The notes beneath the pieces were generated by a model. It was not told the DNA's origin. It did not search any database and worked only from the letters and a program-made list of their open reading frames with translations. Shown here one piece after another: positions 63,801 through 64,000 of a stretch of DNA of 64,000 bases (positions are counted from its first letter, which is position 1; every line of letters starts with the position of its first letter). The translations under genes and the position numbers were made by a program. The DNA comes from Mobula hypostoma (lineage: Eukaryota): NCBI RefSeq assembly GCF_963921235.1, contig NW_026948183.1, positions 186,001 through 250,000 of the forward strand, given 5' to 3'.

Positions 63801-64000
63801 CTCAGTACTAATCACCAAGCTTCAGACTTGGGCTCTGCACCTCTCTCTGCAACTCGATCCTGGGTTTCCTTAGCCGGGGAACACAGTCAATGCAGATCAG
63901 TGCAAACTACTTCTTCCACGCTGGGACTTCACCCAAGCACACCAGAACAACGTGCGCTCAGTCGACTGCTGTACAATCTGTCATGTCTGTATATCTAAAC

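Overview
Vertebrate non-mammalian genomic DNA. The repeat landscape (abundant CR1 LINEs with 8-bp tails, Rex/Babar, Penelope-type repeats) suggests a cartilaginous fish, probably a ray; this is inference. The window is part of a C2H2 zinc-finger (ZF) gene cluster. Two long + strand ZF-only ORFs (12513-14207 and 37638-39266) lack a recognisable KRAB, SCAN or BTB domain. Each lies in a large terminal exon fed by non-coding 5' exons from CpG-island promoters. The cluster is built from a promoter cassette, partly bidirectional, copied 4-5 times (about 5.3-6.3 kb on +; 23.8-25.1, 51.1-52.6, 57.8-58.9 and 61.1-61.7 kb in the opposite orientation), plus larger segmental duplications. Most of the rest is transposon debris. 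Best leads: (1) a Gmr1-like Gypsy element with a SCAN-homologous Gag inserted in sense orientation inside the coding ZF array of gene 1; (2) minimal hammerhead-ribozyme motifs in Penelope-type repeats, one embedded in the promoter cassette; (3) effector-less ZF genes that start at a Met inside a dead finger; (4) a fixed-spacing PBX/PREP plus CCAAT footprint and a 60-bp E-box/CRE array showing differential CpG decay. No tRNA, rRNA or CRISPR was found. Repeat boundaries were read by eye and are approximate unless termini are quoted.
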